Origin: an uncultured bacterium
GTDB taxonomy: Bacteria > Patescibacteriota > JACMRA01
Direction of reading: 5' to 3'
DNA length: 64,000 bases
Assembly: GCA_963784355.1 (NCBI GenBank)
Contig: CAWAQU010000007.1
Location: 32,001-96,000, forward strand
A program made the translations under genes and the position numbers. The notes beneath the pieces are model-generated. The model was not told where the DNA came from, did no database searches, and saw nothing but the letters and a program-made list of their open reading frames with translations. Position 1 is the first letter of the stretch, and every line of letters starts with the position of its first letter. Shown here in pieces: positions 1 to 10,455 of the stretch.

Positions 1-148
1 AAAAAGTGCTAGCCCAGACAATAGCATTAGTATTAACAAATGTCAAGAATAAATTTTCGAGATATTGACCTGAGTTTATGCTATTTAATGATTAAAGAAT
101 AAAACTAAATTTTCTTCGTAATTTGGATTAAAAATTGGCATAAAAATA

Positions 149-167
149 AGGAGGTATTGAACCTCCT
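149..167 (-). terminator. Intrinsic terminator downstream of tRNA-His/tRNA-Ala
   Basis: AGGAGGT-attga-ACCTCCT hairpin with an A-run on its left (U-tail on minus strand). Confidence 0.7.
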
Positions 168-211
168 AAAATATGTTTTTATATTGAATTGTTTATTTTT
201 AATTTTTTTGT

Positions 212-285
212 TGGTGGACCTTGAGAGAATTGAACTCTCCACTCCTCCGTGCAAAGGAGATATTATACCGCTTAACTAAAGGCCC
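212..285 (-). tRNA. tRNA-Ala (UGC)
   Basis: Cloverleaf GGGCCTT/AAGGTCC with G3:U70 Ala identity pair, anticodon loop TT-TGC-AC, TTCAATT T-loop, encoded CCA. Confidence 0.95.
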
Positions 286-300
286 AATATAAAATTTTGA

Positions 301-377
301 TGGGTTGACCGACGGGACTTGAACCCGCGACATCTAGTTCCACAAACTAGAACTCTACCAACTGAGCTACGATCAAC
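301..377 (-). tRNA. tRNA-His (GUG)
   Basis: Anticodon arm CTAGT-TTGTGGA-ACTAG, G-1/C73 His identity, encoded CCA. Confidence 0.95.
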
Positions 378-558
378 ATTTAATTAACTTTAAAACTGTT
401 AATTTATGCGAATCCCATAATTTATAAGTAAAACTAAATTTCCAAATAAATGTTGGTATACGAGAATATTATTAAGCTGATTTTTAGCTTTTGTCAATAT
501 TATTTTTTAGAAAAACCTGTTTACAATTTTTTACAATTAGTTTCAACTTAAATAAAAT

Positions 559-2766
559 ATGGCTAAAGTTACAAAGGTTTTGCCTAAAATTACCCCTCAG
601 CTCGATGTTAGTACAAAAATAAGCATATCAATTGTTGCCTGTTTTGCGGCAAGTTTGCTTGCTTATTTATCTATTTTAAACTTGGCAGGTACACTTGGAG
701 CTTTAATTGCATCTATTATGTATTTGATTGTGGGTAGGGCTGCAATAATATTGCCACTAGGATTTATAATTACCGGAATTATTTTAGTTAGGATACAAAA
801 AAACCTAACATTAATCGGCGATGTAAATGCCCGTATGGCCTGGGGCTTTTTCCTAATATTTTCGGCTATCACGGGATTTTTAAGCATCTTTTTTGGTGTG
901 AAAAGTCCTGGTACCATGGATAAGGGCGGAGGACTGCTAGGATATGTTCTTTATCCTTGGATACTTGGCTCTCTAGGGCCGTTAGGGGCAGGATTGATAC
1001 TTTTTTGTATGGCCTTTATAGGCTTTTTCCTAGTTTCTCAATTGACTTTTGTACAGTTTATGGAAAAGCTGCAGCTTTCAGTAAAAAACCCTGATAAAAT
1101 ATGGGATTTGGTTCCGGATATATTTGAATTATGGAATGGAAAATCTGCATTAAATAATCCTAAAAGTGAAGAATACGTAAAGCATTTAAAAAGTCTTAAT
1201 GATGCATCAAGGCTGAAAGATGCAAAAAGAAGTAGGGATGGTGATTTGTCAACACAAAATTCAGATATTGCAGATTTAAACGATGCTGCTAGGAAAGCCG
1301 TACAGTCAAATAAAAAAAGAGAAAAAATGGGTAACTGGAATTTACCTCCTTTCGAGATATTAAATACAGGAAAGACAAAAGTAGAGGCCGGGAATATTGA
1401 AGGAAATAAGGCTATTATTAAAGATACACTGTCTCACTTTGGCATTAGTGTCGAAATGGCAGATACTGTTACGGGTCCTACAGTCACGCAGTATACTTTT
1501 AAACCTGCTAATGGAGTAAAATTATCATCAATAGATTCCTTACAACGTGACTTGGCTTTAGCTTTAGCAGTAAATAATCTAAGACTTGAAGCTCCTGTAG
1601 CAGGTCAGAGCTTGGTTGGAGTTGAGATTCCGAATAAAGTAAAATCCCAAGTTAGATTAAGAGATATTTTACAGACGCAAGGTTTTGTAAATTTTGATGG
1701 AGAATTGCCTGTAGCCATTGGTAAAGATGTAGCAGGCCATAACCTAGTACAATCACTTGCTAAAATGCCTCATTTATTAGTTGCAGGAGCTACCGGTGCC
1801 GGTAAATCCGTTTGGATAAATGCGATGCTTCTAAGTCTGTTATATCGGTATTCGCCACAAGATTTACAATTAATCTTGGTGGATATGAAAAGGGTTGAGT
1901 TGAAATTGTATGAAGGAGTGCCTCATTTACTTTCCAATGTGATTACAGATGCTGAAAAAGCTATTAATGCTTTAAAGTGGACGGTACTTGAAATGGATAG
2001 GCGTTACAAATTGTTAGAAATTTACGGTAAAAGAAATATTAAAGATTATAATACTTTTGCTCAAGCAAGTACTGATGAAACTGTAGAATTACTTCCTTAT
2101 ATGGTATTTGTAATAGATGAGCTCGGAGATTTAATGATGCTCGCAAAGGCGGAAGTGGAGCCTATAATTGTACGTTTAACACAGATGTCTAGAGCAGTAG
2201 GCATACATATAGTTTTAGGTACTCAAAGACCTGACATACATGTGGTTACCGGTTTAATTAAAGCCAACATACCTTCGCGTATAGCTTTTGCAGTTGCTTC
2301 TCAGATTGATAGTAGAGTAATTCTCGATGTGGGTGGAGCTGAAAAATTGTTGGGGCAGGGAGATGGTTTGCTCATGTCGCCAAGTTCTATGCAGCCGGTA
2401 CGTTTTCAAGGCCCTATTGTTGAAGAATCAGAAGTTCGTAAATGTGTACAATTTTTGAAAGATCAAGCCGAATCTAATCAGTTACACAGCAATCTTAATG
2501 ATTTAGTAACGGAAGTACCAAAGGTTAAAATTAACGTTCCAGGGATGTCTAGCAGCTCAAATAGTGATGATGCGGCTGAAGATACCTTTGAAGAGGCGAA
2601 ACGGCTTGTAATTCAATATCAGAAGGCTTCAACGAGCTTTTTACAACAGATGATGGGTGTAGGTTATCCAAAAGCTGCAAAAATTATCCAGCAATTGGAA
2701 GATTCCGGAATTGTTGGCCCTGCTAATGGAAGTAAATCTAGAGATGTGTATGCTTCTGCAGAGTAG
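559..2766 (+). CDS. ftsK: DNA translocase FtsK/SpoIIIE
   Basis: N-terminal 4 TM segments, MPHLLVAGATGAGKS Walker A, VIDELGDLM Walker B, TQRP motif, C-terminal gamma domain. Confidence 0.95.
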   Translation: MAKVTKVLPKITPQLDVSTKISISIVACFAASLLAYLSILNLAGTLGALIASIMYLIVGRAAIILPLGFIITGIILVRIQKNLTLIGDVNARMAWGFFLIFSAITGFLSIFFGVKSPGTMDKGGGLLGYVLYPWILGSLGPLGAGLILFCMAFIGFFLVSQLTFVQFMEKLQLSVKNPDKIWDLVPDIFELWNGKSALNNPKSEEYVKHLKSLNDASRLKDAKRSRDGDLSTQNSDIADLNDAARKAVQSNKKREKMGNWNLPPFEILNTGKTKVEAGNIEGNKAIIKDTLSHFGISVEMADTVTGPTVTQYTFKPANGVKLSSIDSLQRDLALALAVNNLRLEAPVAGQSLVGVEIPNKVKSQVRLRDILQTQGFVNFDGELPVAIGKDVAGHNLVQSLAKMPHLLVAGATGAGKSVWINAMLLSLLYRYSPQDLQLILVDMKRVELKLYEGVPHLLSNVITDAEKAINALKWTVLEMDRRYKLLEIYGKRNIKDYNTFAQASTDETVELLPYMVFVIDELGDLMMLAKAEVEPIIVRLTQMSRAVGIHIVLGTQRPDIHVVTGLIKANIPSRIAFAVASQIDSRVILDVGGAEKLLGQGDGLLMSPSSMQPVRFQGPIVEESEVRKCVQFLKDQAESNQLHSNLNDLVTEVPKVKINVPGMSSSSNSDDAAEDTFEEAKRLVIQYQKASTSFLQQMMGVGYPKAAKIIQQLEDSGIVGPANGSKSRDVYASAE

Positions 2767-2924
2767 TCGCTTAATGCTGTAAATATCAGATTATAATATA
2801 AAATTAGGCATTTTTAAAACATTTCTAGAATTCTTTTAAATGCAGTAATTAAGCCAATAAATGGCAGTCAACCAAAAAAATATTTGACACAAACTCATTT
2901 TTTTCTTATAAAATCAATACTTAT

Positions 2925-3206
2925 ATGGCTAAAATCACTAAATCGGACTTTATTCAAAAGTTTGCACAAGCAAATGGTTTAACCAACGCACAAGCTGAAA
3001 GGTTGGTAAATTCTTTTTTTGATGTTATCAAGAATGAATTAAAAGTTGGTAACGAAATTCAGTTTACCGGTATGCTAAGCATGTCAGTAGGTGACAGAAA
3101 AGCTAGAGAAGGAAAAAATCCTCAAACTGGTCAACCAATCAAAATCCCAGCTTCTAAAGTTGTGAAAATCAGAGTTGGTAAAAATTTGAAAGATATTGTT
3201 AAGTAG
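2925..3206 (+). CDS. hup: DNA-binding protein HU
   Basis: RKAREGKNPQTGQPIKIPAS HU signature; TTGACA promoter upstream. Confidence 0.93.
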   Translation: MAKITKSDFIQKFAQANGLTNAQAERLVNSFFDVIKNELKVGNEIQFTGMLSMSVGDRKAREGKNPQTGQPIKIPASKVVKIRVGKNLKDIVK

Positions 3207-3232
3207 TTCTATTTAACTTTTTTACATTTTAG

Positions 3233-3254
3233 TCCGGGGCAACCCGGATTTTTT
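3233..3254 (+). terminator. Intrinsic terminator after hup
   Basis: TCCGGG-gcaa-CCCGGA followed by T-run. Confidence 0.85.
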
Positions 3255-3416
3255 GCTATCTTGGATTTTAGAATCGGATCCATACCTTACTACCTTTTTA
3301 TTTTATACTAGTCGTGATTTTAAAATTTAAATACTTGTATAAAAAGCTTAACATAAAAATAACCCCCAGATGGGGGTGTAGATAAGATTAGTTATCTAAT
3401 TGTAACCTAAATTAGC

Positions 3417-4373
3417 TTAAGCTATGGCTGTTGGGTCAGCAGAGACATTACTAAGTAAATTATCAATCATATCTTCTTTTTCAGCTTCGTTGATTAATTC
3501 ATGTGTGATCATAGTACCTGCGGGTGCAAGTAAGCTATCATTTTTTCTAATTAAGTTTACTGTAACGTATTTACCCAAAGCACCTTGAACTCTTTGGTCT
3601 TTCACTTTTGAACCAATTTTTTGAGTAAAACTTTGAATTGTAACTTTAGTTTTTTGAACTGCATCAGCCGCGGTATCTTTAACATTATTTGCAGTGCCTT
3701 TTATATCATGTGATTCTGCACTGGTTTTCAACTTATCGGTGCCAGTTTCCAATTTAGCACTTAAGTTATGTCCAGTCTCCTGCGCTTTTTCTTTCAATAT
3801 CCCTAGGGAATCTTTGGTTTTTTCCATAGTTGTATTAAAAGTACCTTTAAGACCTTGGGACTCGGCCTGAGATGACATGTCAGCTTCAATATAGTTTTTT
3901 ACAATTAAAGCATATTCACCGACAGTGATTATATCTGAAGTATTAACCAATTTTTTTCCACCTGTGGTATCTTTTAAAATACCCTGAGTTACTTCAAGTT
4001 GTAATACTTTTCCTGTATGCTCATCAAAATAAATGTCACTTATTTTACCAAGTTCAGTTCCTTCTTCAGTAATTACTCTGGATTGACTTAAGTAATTTTT
4101 ATCTTGAGCTATGTTTGTAACTCTTTGAGGGGCCTCTGAAGCTTTTTTGATAAGATCACTGCTTTCAATTGTCACTGCATCTACACCAATAGCTTTGACA
4201 TCTTGTATAAGAATTACTTTTGCTTCTGAAAACCAACCACCCTCATCAATAAGTAAAGCTGTTACTTGGTTTGCTGAAGGGTCGAAAATTATATCTGTAA
4301 CTGTATTTACTTTTTCACCTGTATCCAGAGTAATTACTTTTAAACCAATTACATCTGATCCTTTAATAGTCAT
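3417..4373 (-). CDS. PRC-barrel domain protein (two PRC barrels plus low-complexity helical tail)
   Basis: IGLKVITLDTGEKVNTVTDIIFD and VITEEGTELGKISDIYFD repeats typical of YlmC/YrrD-like PRC barrels; ACCCCC/GGGGGT terminator at ~3362-3377. Confidence 0.8.
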   Translation of the reverse strand: MTIKGSDVIGLKVITLDTGEKVNTVTDIIFDPSANQVTALLIDEGGWFSEAKVILIQDVKAIGVDAVTIESSDLIKKASEAPQRVTNIAQDKNYLSQSRVITEEGTELGKISDIYFDEHTGKVLQLEVTQGILKDTTGGKKLVNTSDIITVGEYALIVKNYIEADMSSQAESQGLKGTFNTTMEKTKDSLGILKEKAQETGHNLSAKLETGTDKLKTSAESHDIKGTANNVKDTAADAVQKTKVTIQSFTQKIGSKVKDQRVQGALGKYVTVNLIRKNDSLLAPAGTMITHELINEAEKEDMIDNLLSNVSADPTAIA

Positions 4374-4413
4374 ATTGTTATATATTTTATTTTGTTAATT
4401 TTTTTTATTGAAT

Positions 4414-4917
4414 TTATGAAACACGTTCTGTTGTAGTTTTAATAAAACCTTTTTTGCTTTTTTTCCAAGAATAATATCCAAGTCCTAATAATATTAATGC
4501 TAAAATAACTCCGGGAATTAAGAATTTAGCCGAGTCAAAAACTTCAGACCCTGTACTTTCAATAGATAGAACTTCATCTTCAGAAGATTTTGTAATAGTT
4601 ACTTGATCATTTGGTTTTATGTCTTTTACAGAAGATTTAACTGTATTTCTCGTAATACTTATGTTGTCTCCAACAGTATATTCTTTTGTGCCATTTGCAT
4701 CTACGGTAAGCTTATTGTTATCTACTTTTAAGACTTTTCCAGTAATTTTGGTAGTTTCTTGATCTTTTACATCCGACTTTTGAGTTGTCATACTTTCTGT
4801 GCTGTAATTATTTGTAGATTGAGCAGCTACGGATACCATTTGGTTGCCGACTGAAACAAATCCAAAAGTAAGAATTAAAGATGCTATTAACAAATTAAAT
4901 GATTTATTATGTGTCAT
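4414..4917 (-). CDS. Exported protein with signal peptide, small beta domain and C-terminal membrane anchor
   Basis: N-terminal hydrophobic signal ending VAAQ; C-terminal TM followed by KKSKK. Confidence 0.6.
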   Translation of the reverse strand: MTHNKSFNLLIASLILTFGFVSVGNQMVSVAAQSTNNYSTESMTTQKSDVKDQETTKITGKVLKVDNNKLTVDANGTKEYTVGDNISITRNTVKSSVKDIKPNDQVTITKSSEDEVLSIESTGSEVFDSAKFLIPGVILALILLGLGYYSWKKSKKGFIKTTTERVS

Positions 4918-5347
4918 ATTTTATTTTAATTTTATAGTTTGTGTTTATAAAGGTGCTTTAATCAAAAAAGATTTAACAAAATTTTGTCAACATTATTTTA
5001 GTTATGGATGTATATAAAATGTAGTAATTAGGCTAAAATTTAATTAAAAAAGTAATTTTTTTTACAATAAAATGTTCTGCGCTAAGTGCTATAAAATAAA
5101 ATCTAAAACAGATTGTATTGTAATTAGCTCAGGCCTTTTCTCCAGGCAATATCGTTACTCCTAAAGAAGTCGAAAGATTTTTCTTGACAAAAGTATTAAC
5201 ATGTGTTTTTTTAGATTAAATTTAGCAAATTTATGCATCGTTGTCCGACACTACTCATTACAAAAAATTCCGCCATTATTGTGTGGAGCTTTGGGAGTGT
5301 TTTGGTAAATATGAAAAATTAAGTTAAATAAGATTTTATTATAAACC

Positions 5348-5377
5348 AGACCTCCCAATTCAAGGGAGGTTTTTTAT
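5348..5377 (+). terminator. Intrinsic terminator/attenuator just upstream of the RelA/SpoT-like ORF
   Basis: ACCTCCC-aattcaa-GGGAGGT followed by T-run, about 14 nt before ATG 5390. Confidence 0.75.
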
Positions 5378-5389
5378 TTTGCAAGCAGT

Positions 5390-6658
5390 ATGGAATGTGA
5401 ACTAACCAAAGAAACTAATTACTCTAGCCCATTTTCTAGAGAAATGAAGAGTGTCCTTGAATTATCTAGGTCTAAATCTGAAAACTTACCAAGTATTCAA
5501 GAAATTGTTGATGCAAATGCAAGGTCTACAGCTTGGCTTGCGGCGATGGCACCTCAGATTTTTGAAGTGGCACCTGATATGAAAACAACTGTTTCTCTAA
5601 AAGAAATACAGGAGCGTTGGATTGAACTTTGCTATAGTTTACCCGCAATTAAAAGACATAATGAAAAAAATTCTACCTCAAATACTGACTATGATCCAAA
5701 CGAAATTAATTCTAGGTGGCAAAAATTAAACGAACGACTAAGCCAAACAAATTTTTACAAATCTGAAGACTCAGCAAAATTAAAAGCTTCAGCCTTAGCA
5801 AATATTTCAAGTAAAAATATTACAGATAAGCAAAGTGAGGAAGATTTAATAAAAAAACAACTATTAGAGTTGACTGATATGACGAGATTCACGGTTGTTT
5901 TCAATAAGCCGTTAAGTGAATATAATTTAAAAGAAAATGGTAGGGATAACTTGGTTAATTATACAAATCAAATGATTAGCAATTTTTGTGCCTGCGGGGC
6001 AACTTTAGTTGATATTGATCCCAAATATTATGTTTCAGGCTACTCAGATCTAACCTTGAAATTTTCACTTGAAATTTATCCAGGTATAAATAAAATAGTT
6101 GAAGTTCAAATACATACTAAACAAGGGCTAGAAGCAAAAGAAAAAGATAACATTTATCCAGAACGTAAAAAAATTGCAGGTAAATTCGGTAAGGATCTGA
6201 ATTTGAAAAATGATTTTAGACCTAAAGTATTGGATTCTTGGATTGAAGAAGCTGAAAACAAAGGCATTATCCAGCAACAAATAAACGATTTTTTAAGTAA
6301 AGATCATCAGAGAATAAATGACAATTTTAAATTACACTTTGTCTCAAAGTTAAAAGAATCATTGCCGAGTCAAAAAGAACAAACTACCTTTGAACTACCT
6401 GAAGACATTGAAGAAAGATTTTGCTATGCAATTATAAGATATTATCAAAAGATACTAGACTCCAGAGAGCATTATAAAGAAGCTAAACCTGTAATAGAAT
6501 CATTAGAAGATGCGTTTTACGTAAAAGAGTGGATTGCAAGACATTATGCAAACCTCAAAGTAAGTTGTAAATCAAGCCCTTACGAATCTCATTCAGTAAT
6601 TGAAACAACCGGTAATTGTGCATATTGTGGTTTGAAATTAAACTTTAAAACTGCATAA
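5390..6658 (+). CDS. RelA/SpoT-family nucleotidyltransferase (small alarmone synthetase-like)
   Basis: Ordered motifs DMTRFTVV, SGYSDL, VEVQIHT; C-terminal C..H..CAYC putative Zn ribbon. Confidence 0.6.
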   Translation: MECELTKETNYSSPFSREMKSVLELSRSKSENLPSIQEIVDANARSTAWLAAMAPQIFEVAPDMKTTVSLKEIQERWIELCYSLPAIKRHNEKNSTSNTDYDPNEINSRWQKLNERLSQTNFYKSEDSAKLKASALANISSKNITDKQSEEDLIKKQLLELTDMTRFTVVFNKPLSEYNLKENGRDNLVNYTNQMISNFCACGATLVDIDPKYYVSGYSDLTLKFSLEIYPGINKIVEVQIHTKQGLEAKEKDNIYPERKKIAGKFGKDLNLKNDFRPKVLDSWIEEAENKGIIQQQINDFLSKDHQRINDNFKLHFVSKLKESLPSQKEQTTFELPEDIEERFCYAIIRYYQKILDSREHYKEAKPVIESLEDAFYVKEWIARHYANLKVSCKSSPYESHSVIETTGNCAYCGLKLNFKTA

Positions 6659-6687
6659 TATCTTCAAGTGAAGAAACTACTCAGTAT

Positions 6688-6711
6688 AAAAACCCGGATG
6701 ACCCGGGTTAA
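6688..6711. terminator. Terminator between convergent RelA/SpoT-like gene and fusA
   Basis: AACCCGG-atgac-CCGGGTT with flanking A/T runs. Confidence 0.75.
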
Positions 6712-6748
6712 ATTTTTGCTTTATTATAATCTGTGTTGTGAAAACTAA

Positions 6749-8857
6749 TTATTTGCTTCTAGTTTCTACAATTTTTTCTTGGATATTTCTTGGTACTTCA
6801 GCATAGTAACCGAATTCCATGCTTGCAGTTCCTTGTCCTTTTGTGTTACCACGTAAGGTAGAAATATAACCAAATAAGTTTTCTAAAGGTACATCAGAAC
6901 GTATTACTGTACCCTTACCTCGCTTTTCGCTGCCTTGGATTTGGCCTCTTCGTGAGTTTAAATCACCAATAACGTCTCCCATGTATTCATCAGGTACTAC
7001 TACTTCCACTTTCATGATAGGTTCCAAAAGTACAGGATCTGCTTTCAGGATACCGTCTTTCATACCGATACTTCCAGCCAATTTGAATGCCATTTCGGAA
7101 GAGTCAACATCATGGTATGAACCATCAAAAACTTCTACATGCACATCAATTACAGGATAGCCTGCTAAAGCTCCATTTTGACAAACTTCTTCACAACCTT
7201 TTTGAATTGCAGGAATGTATTCTCTTGGAATAGCACCACCAACAACTTTATTTTCAAATTCAAAACCTTTTCCTCTTTCAAGTGGAGCGATTCTAAGCCA
7301 ACAGTGACCGTACTGTCCTCTACCTCCTGACTGACGAACGTATTTAGCTTCAATTTCAACTGGCTTTCTAATTGCCTCTTTGTAAGCAACCTGAGGAGCA
7401 CCTACATTAGTTTCAACTTTGTATTCTCTCTTCATTCTATCTACAATGATATCCAAGTGGAGCTCTCCCATTCCTGAGATAATTGTCTGGCCTGTCTCTT
7501 CATTTGTAAAGACTCTTAATGAAGGATCTTCAGCCATTAACTTGCTAAGAGCAATACCCATCTTTTCTTGATCTTGTTTAGTTTTTGGCTCAACAGCTAA
7601 AGAGATAACAGGTTCAGGGAAATTAATTGATTCTAAAAGTAAAGGTTTAGACTTAGTACATAAAGTATCACCGGTACGTACATCTTTTAGACCCACAAAT
7701 GCCGCAATTTCACCTGCAAAAACTTCATCAACATCTTCACGATTGTTTGAGTGCAATAGTACTATTCTACCCGCTCTTTCAGTTTTTCTTGTACGTGGGT
7801 TAAACAATTCATCACCCTTTTTAACTACTCCCGAGTAGACTCTAAAGAAGGTCAATGTACCAAATTGGTCAGAAGCTAGCTTGAAGGCTAAGGCACCTAG
7901 AGCTCCACTATCATCAGCTTTCATCGGTATAGTTTTTTCTTCGTCATCAATATCATGTGCGATTGTAGGAGGGATATCAATTGGAGAAGGTAAGTACTCA
8001 CAAACCGCATCCAAAATCATTTGTACGCCTTTATTTTTTAAAGCAGATCCACAAAAAATAGGGTGTAAATTACATTTAACTGTAGCTCTTCTAATTGCCA
8101 TTTTTATTTCATTGATAGAAAACTCAGTACCTTCTAAATATTTTTCCATTAATTCATCATCTGATTCAGCTACTTTTTCAATTAACTTAGCTCTGTATTC
8201 AGCTACAATATCAATCATGTCAGCAGGCACACCTTCCTCGCGGAGGTCTTTACCCATATCATCATAATAAATATAAGCTTTTTCAGTAAGTAAATCAATA
8301 ACCCCTTTAAAATTCTCTTCACTACCGATAGGTAATTGCATTACTACACCGTTGTCAGTAAGGCGCTCACTAATAGATTTTACATCATAGAAAAAATCTG
8401 CACCAGTACGATCAAGTTTATTGATAAAACACATTCTAGGAACATTGTATTTATCAGCTTGTCTCCATACTGTCTCAGACTGAGATTCTACACCGGCAAC
8501 TCCATCAAATACAGTAATTGCACCATCCAAAACTCTTAAACTTCGTTCTACTTCTACAGTAAAATCAACGTGACCAGGTGTATCAATAATATTGAATCTA
8601 GTTAAGTTATCACCATCTTCATAAACCCAATCCGGTGCATTCCAAAAACAAGTAGTAGCAGCTGCAGTAATGGTGATACCTCTCTCCCTTTCCTGTTCCA
8701 TCCAGTCCATTGTTGCTTCTCCTTCATGAACTTCTCCAATTTTGTGAGTTTTACCTGTGTATAATAATACTCTTTCAGTAAATGTAGTTTTACCTGCGTC
8801 AATATGGGCAATAATACCAAAATTGCGTACTTTGTTGATAGGTCTAGATCTAGCCAT
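6749..8857 (-). CDS. fusA: Elongation factor G
   Basis: [45 protein letters not shown]. Confidence 0.98.
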   Translation of the reverse strand: MARSRPINKVRNFGIIAHIDAGKTTFTERVLLYTGKTHKIGEVHEGEATMDWMEQERERGITITAAATTCFWNAPDWVYEDGDNLTRFNIIDTPGHVDFTVEVERSLRVLDGAITVFDGVAGVESQSETVWRQADKYNVPRMCFINKLDRTGADFFYDVKSISERLTDNGVVMQLPIGSEENFKGVIDLLTEKAYIYYDDMGKDLREEGVPADMIDIVAEYRAKLIEKVAESDDELMEKYLEGTEFSINEIKMAIRRATVKCNLHPIFCGSALKNKGVQMILDAVCEYLPSPIDIPPTIAHDIDDEEKTIPMKADDSGALGALAFKLASDQFGTLTFFRVYSGVVKKGDELFNPRTRKTERAGRIVLLHSNNREDVDEVFAGEIAAFVGLKDVRTGDTLCTKSKPLLLESINFPEPVISLAVEPKTKQDQEKMGIALSKLMAEDPSLRVFTNEETGQTIISGMGELHLDIIVDRMKREYKVETNVGAPQVAYKEAIRKPVEIEAKYVRQSGGRGQYGHCWLRIAPLERGKGFEFENKVVGGAIPREYIPAIQKGCEEVCQNGALAGYPVIDVHVEVFDGSYHDVDSSEMAFKLAGSIGMKDGILKADPVLLEPIMKVEVVVPDEYMGDVIGDLNSRRGQIQGSEKRGKGTVIRSDVPLENLFGYISTLRGNTKGQGTASMEFGYYAEVPRNIQEKIVETRSK

Positions 8858-9068
8858 AATATAATATTGATGTAGGGCCCTTAGGTGAGCCTTAATTTAG
8901 GCTTAAATTAACTGGAATTTTTAAGCTTTTGTCAAGTCTAATTGCCTTTATAGATAAATATTCTAAAGTTTCGATAACAAAACAAATTATCCTAGGATTG
9001 TTTCGCCATGTACACATTCACCCTTATTGACAATCAGTCTTTTTTAGGTAAATGTAAAAATAGTTGCC

Positions 9069-10448
9069 ATGTCTAATGAGTTATCCGTTATTGCCCCTCC
9101 ACATGATCTTGATGCTGAAAAAGCAATTCTTGGTTCTATACTTTTAAATGGTAAAATACTTGATGAAGTAGCCGATAAACTTAAACCTGCTTACTTTTAT
9201 GATGGTAGGCATACTATTATATATAATGCTATGCTCAGGCTGTGGTTTGAGCAGAAACCAATTGATATTATTTTCCTAAATGATGAGTTGAAAAATAGCG
9301 ACAAACAAGAGCAAAATGCAAAGATTGATAAAGATTTTTTGTTGGAATTAATTGCAAAAAGTTCACTATCCACAAACCCTGAGGCTACAAGTAGGATATT
9401 GAGAGAAAAGTATTTTTTACGTACTCTTGTAAGTGTTGGAGATGAGCTAAAACTACTTGCTACGAAAGACGCTACAGAGCCTCAAGAAATTTTAGATATT
9501 GCTCAAAGAAGACTTTATGAAATTAGCCTTGATAATATTGATAAAAATTTTGTTCCAATTAGAGAAATCTTGGGTGAGACTTTTGAAAGAATTCAGAATT
9601 TATCTGAAAATCAAATTGAATATCGAGGTATTCCAACCGGTTTTCTTGATCTTGATGCGATTTTAGGTGGCCTACACAATTCGGATTTAATTATATTTGC
9701 AGCCAGACCAAGTATGGGAAAAACTGCTTTTGCACTTGAGATTGCTCAAAGAGTGGCGGTGCGTGAGCAAACAGGAGTTGCTATTTTTAGCCTTGAAATG
9801 AGCAAAGATCAGCTTGTAGATAGAATCTTGTCTTCGGTTTCCGGTATTGAAATGAGAAAAATACGTACAAGTAGATTGGATGAAAATGGAGCTAATGATG
9901 AATTTGAAAAATTGGGTAATGCTATAAATATACTTAGTGAGGCGCCAATTTGGATTGATGATTCAGGTAGCTTAAATATATTAGAACTTAGAAGTAAAGT
10001 CAGAAGATTAAAATCTAGACACAATCTGGGATTGGTAGTAATTGACTATTTGCAGTTAATGAGTGGAAAAAGTGAAAGGTATAACGGAAATAGAGTCCAA
10101 GAAGTTTCGGATATTAGTCGTGGTTTAAAAATGCTTGCTAAAGAACTTGATATTCCAATTGTAGCATTGTCTCAACTTTCTAGAAGTGTAGAGGGTAGGG
10201 AAGATAAAAGGCCGATGCTTTCCGATCTTCGTGAATCAGGCTCCATTGAGCAAGATGCTGACGTAGTCATCTTTCTTCACCGCGAAGAAATGTATCATAG
10301 GGAAACTAAGAAAAAAGGAATTGCAGATATTTTAATCTCTAAGCATAGAAATGGTGAAGTCGGTGCAGTTGAGCTTGCTTGGGTACATCGCTTGGCTACT
10401 TTTGAAAATTTGCAGGGAGCTAGAGTATCATCTAAAATAAATCAATAA
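9069..10448 (+). CDS. dnaB: Replicative DNA helicase
   Basis: AARPSMGKT, FSLEMS, IDYLQL, LSQLSR, DLRESGSIEQDAD. Confidence 0.98.
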   Translation: MSNELSVIAPPHDLDAEKAILGSILLNGKILDEVADKLKPAYFYDGRHTIIYNAMLRLWFEQKPIDIIFLNDELKNSDKQEQNAKIDKDFLLELIAKSSLSTNPEATSRILREKYFLRTLVSVGDELKLLATKDATEPQEILDIAQRRLYEISLDNIDKNFVPIREILGETFERIQNLSENQIEYRGIPTGFLDLDAILGGLHNSDLIIFAARPSMGKTAFALEIAQRVAVREQTGVAIFSLEMSKDQLVDRILSSVSGIEMRKIRTSRLDENGANDEFEKLGNAINILSEAPIWIDDSGSLNILELRSKVRRLKSRHNLGLVVIDYLQLMSGKSERYNGNRVQEVSDISRGLKMLAKELDIPIVALSQLSRSVEGREDKRPMLSDLRESGSIEQDADVVIFLHREEMYHRETKKKGIADILISKHRNGEVGAVELAWVHRLATFENLQGARVSSKINQ

Positions 10449-10455
10449 GAAGCTT

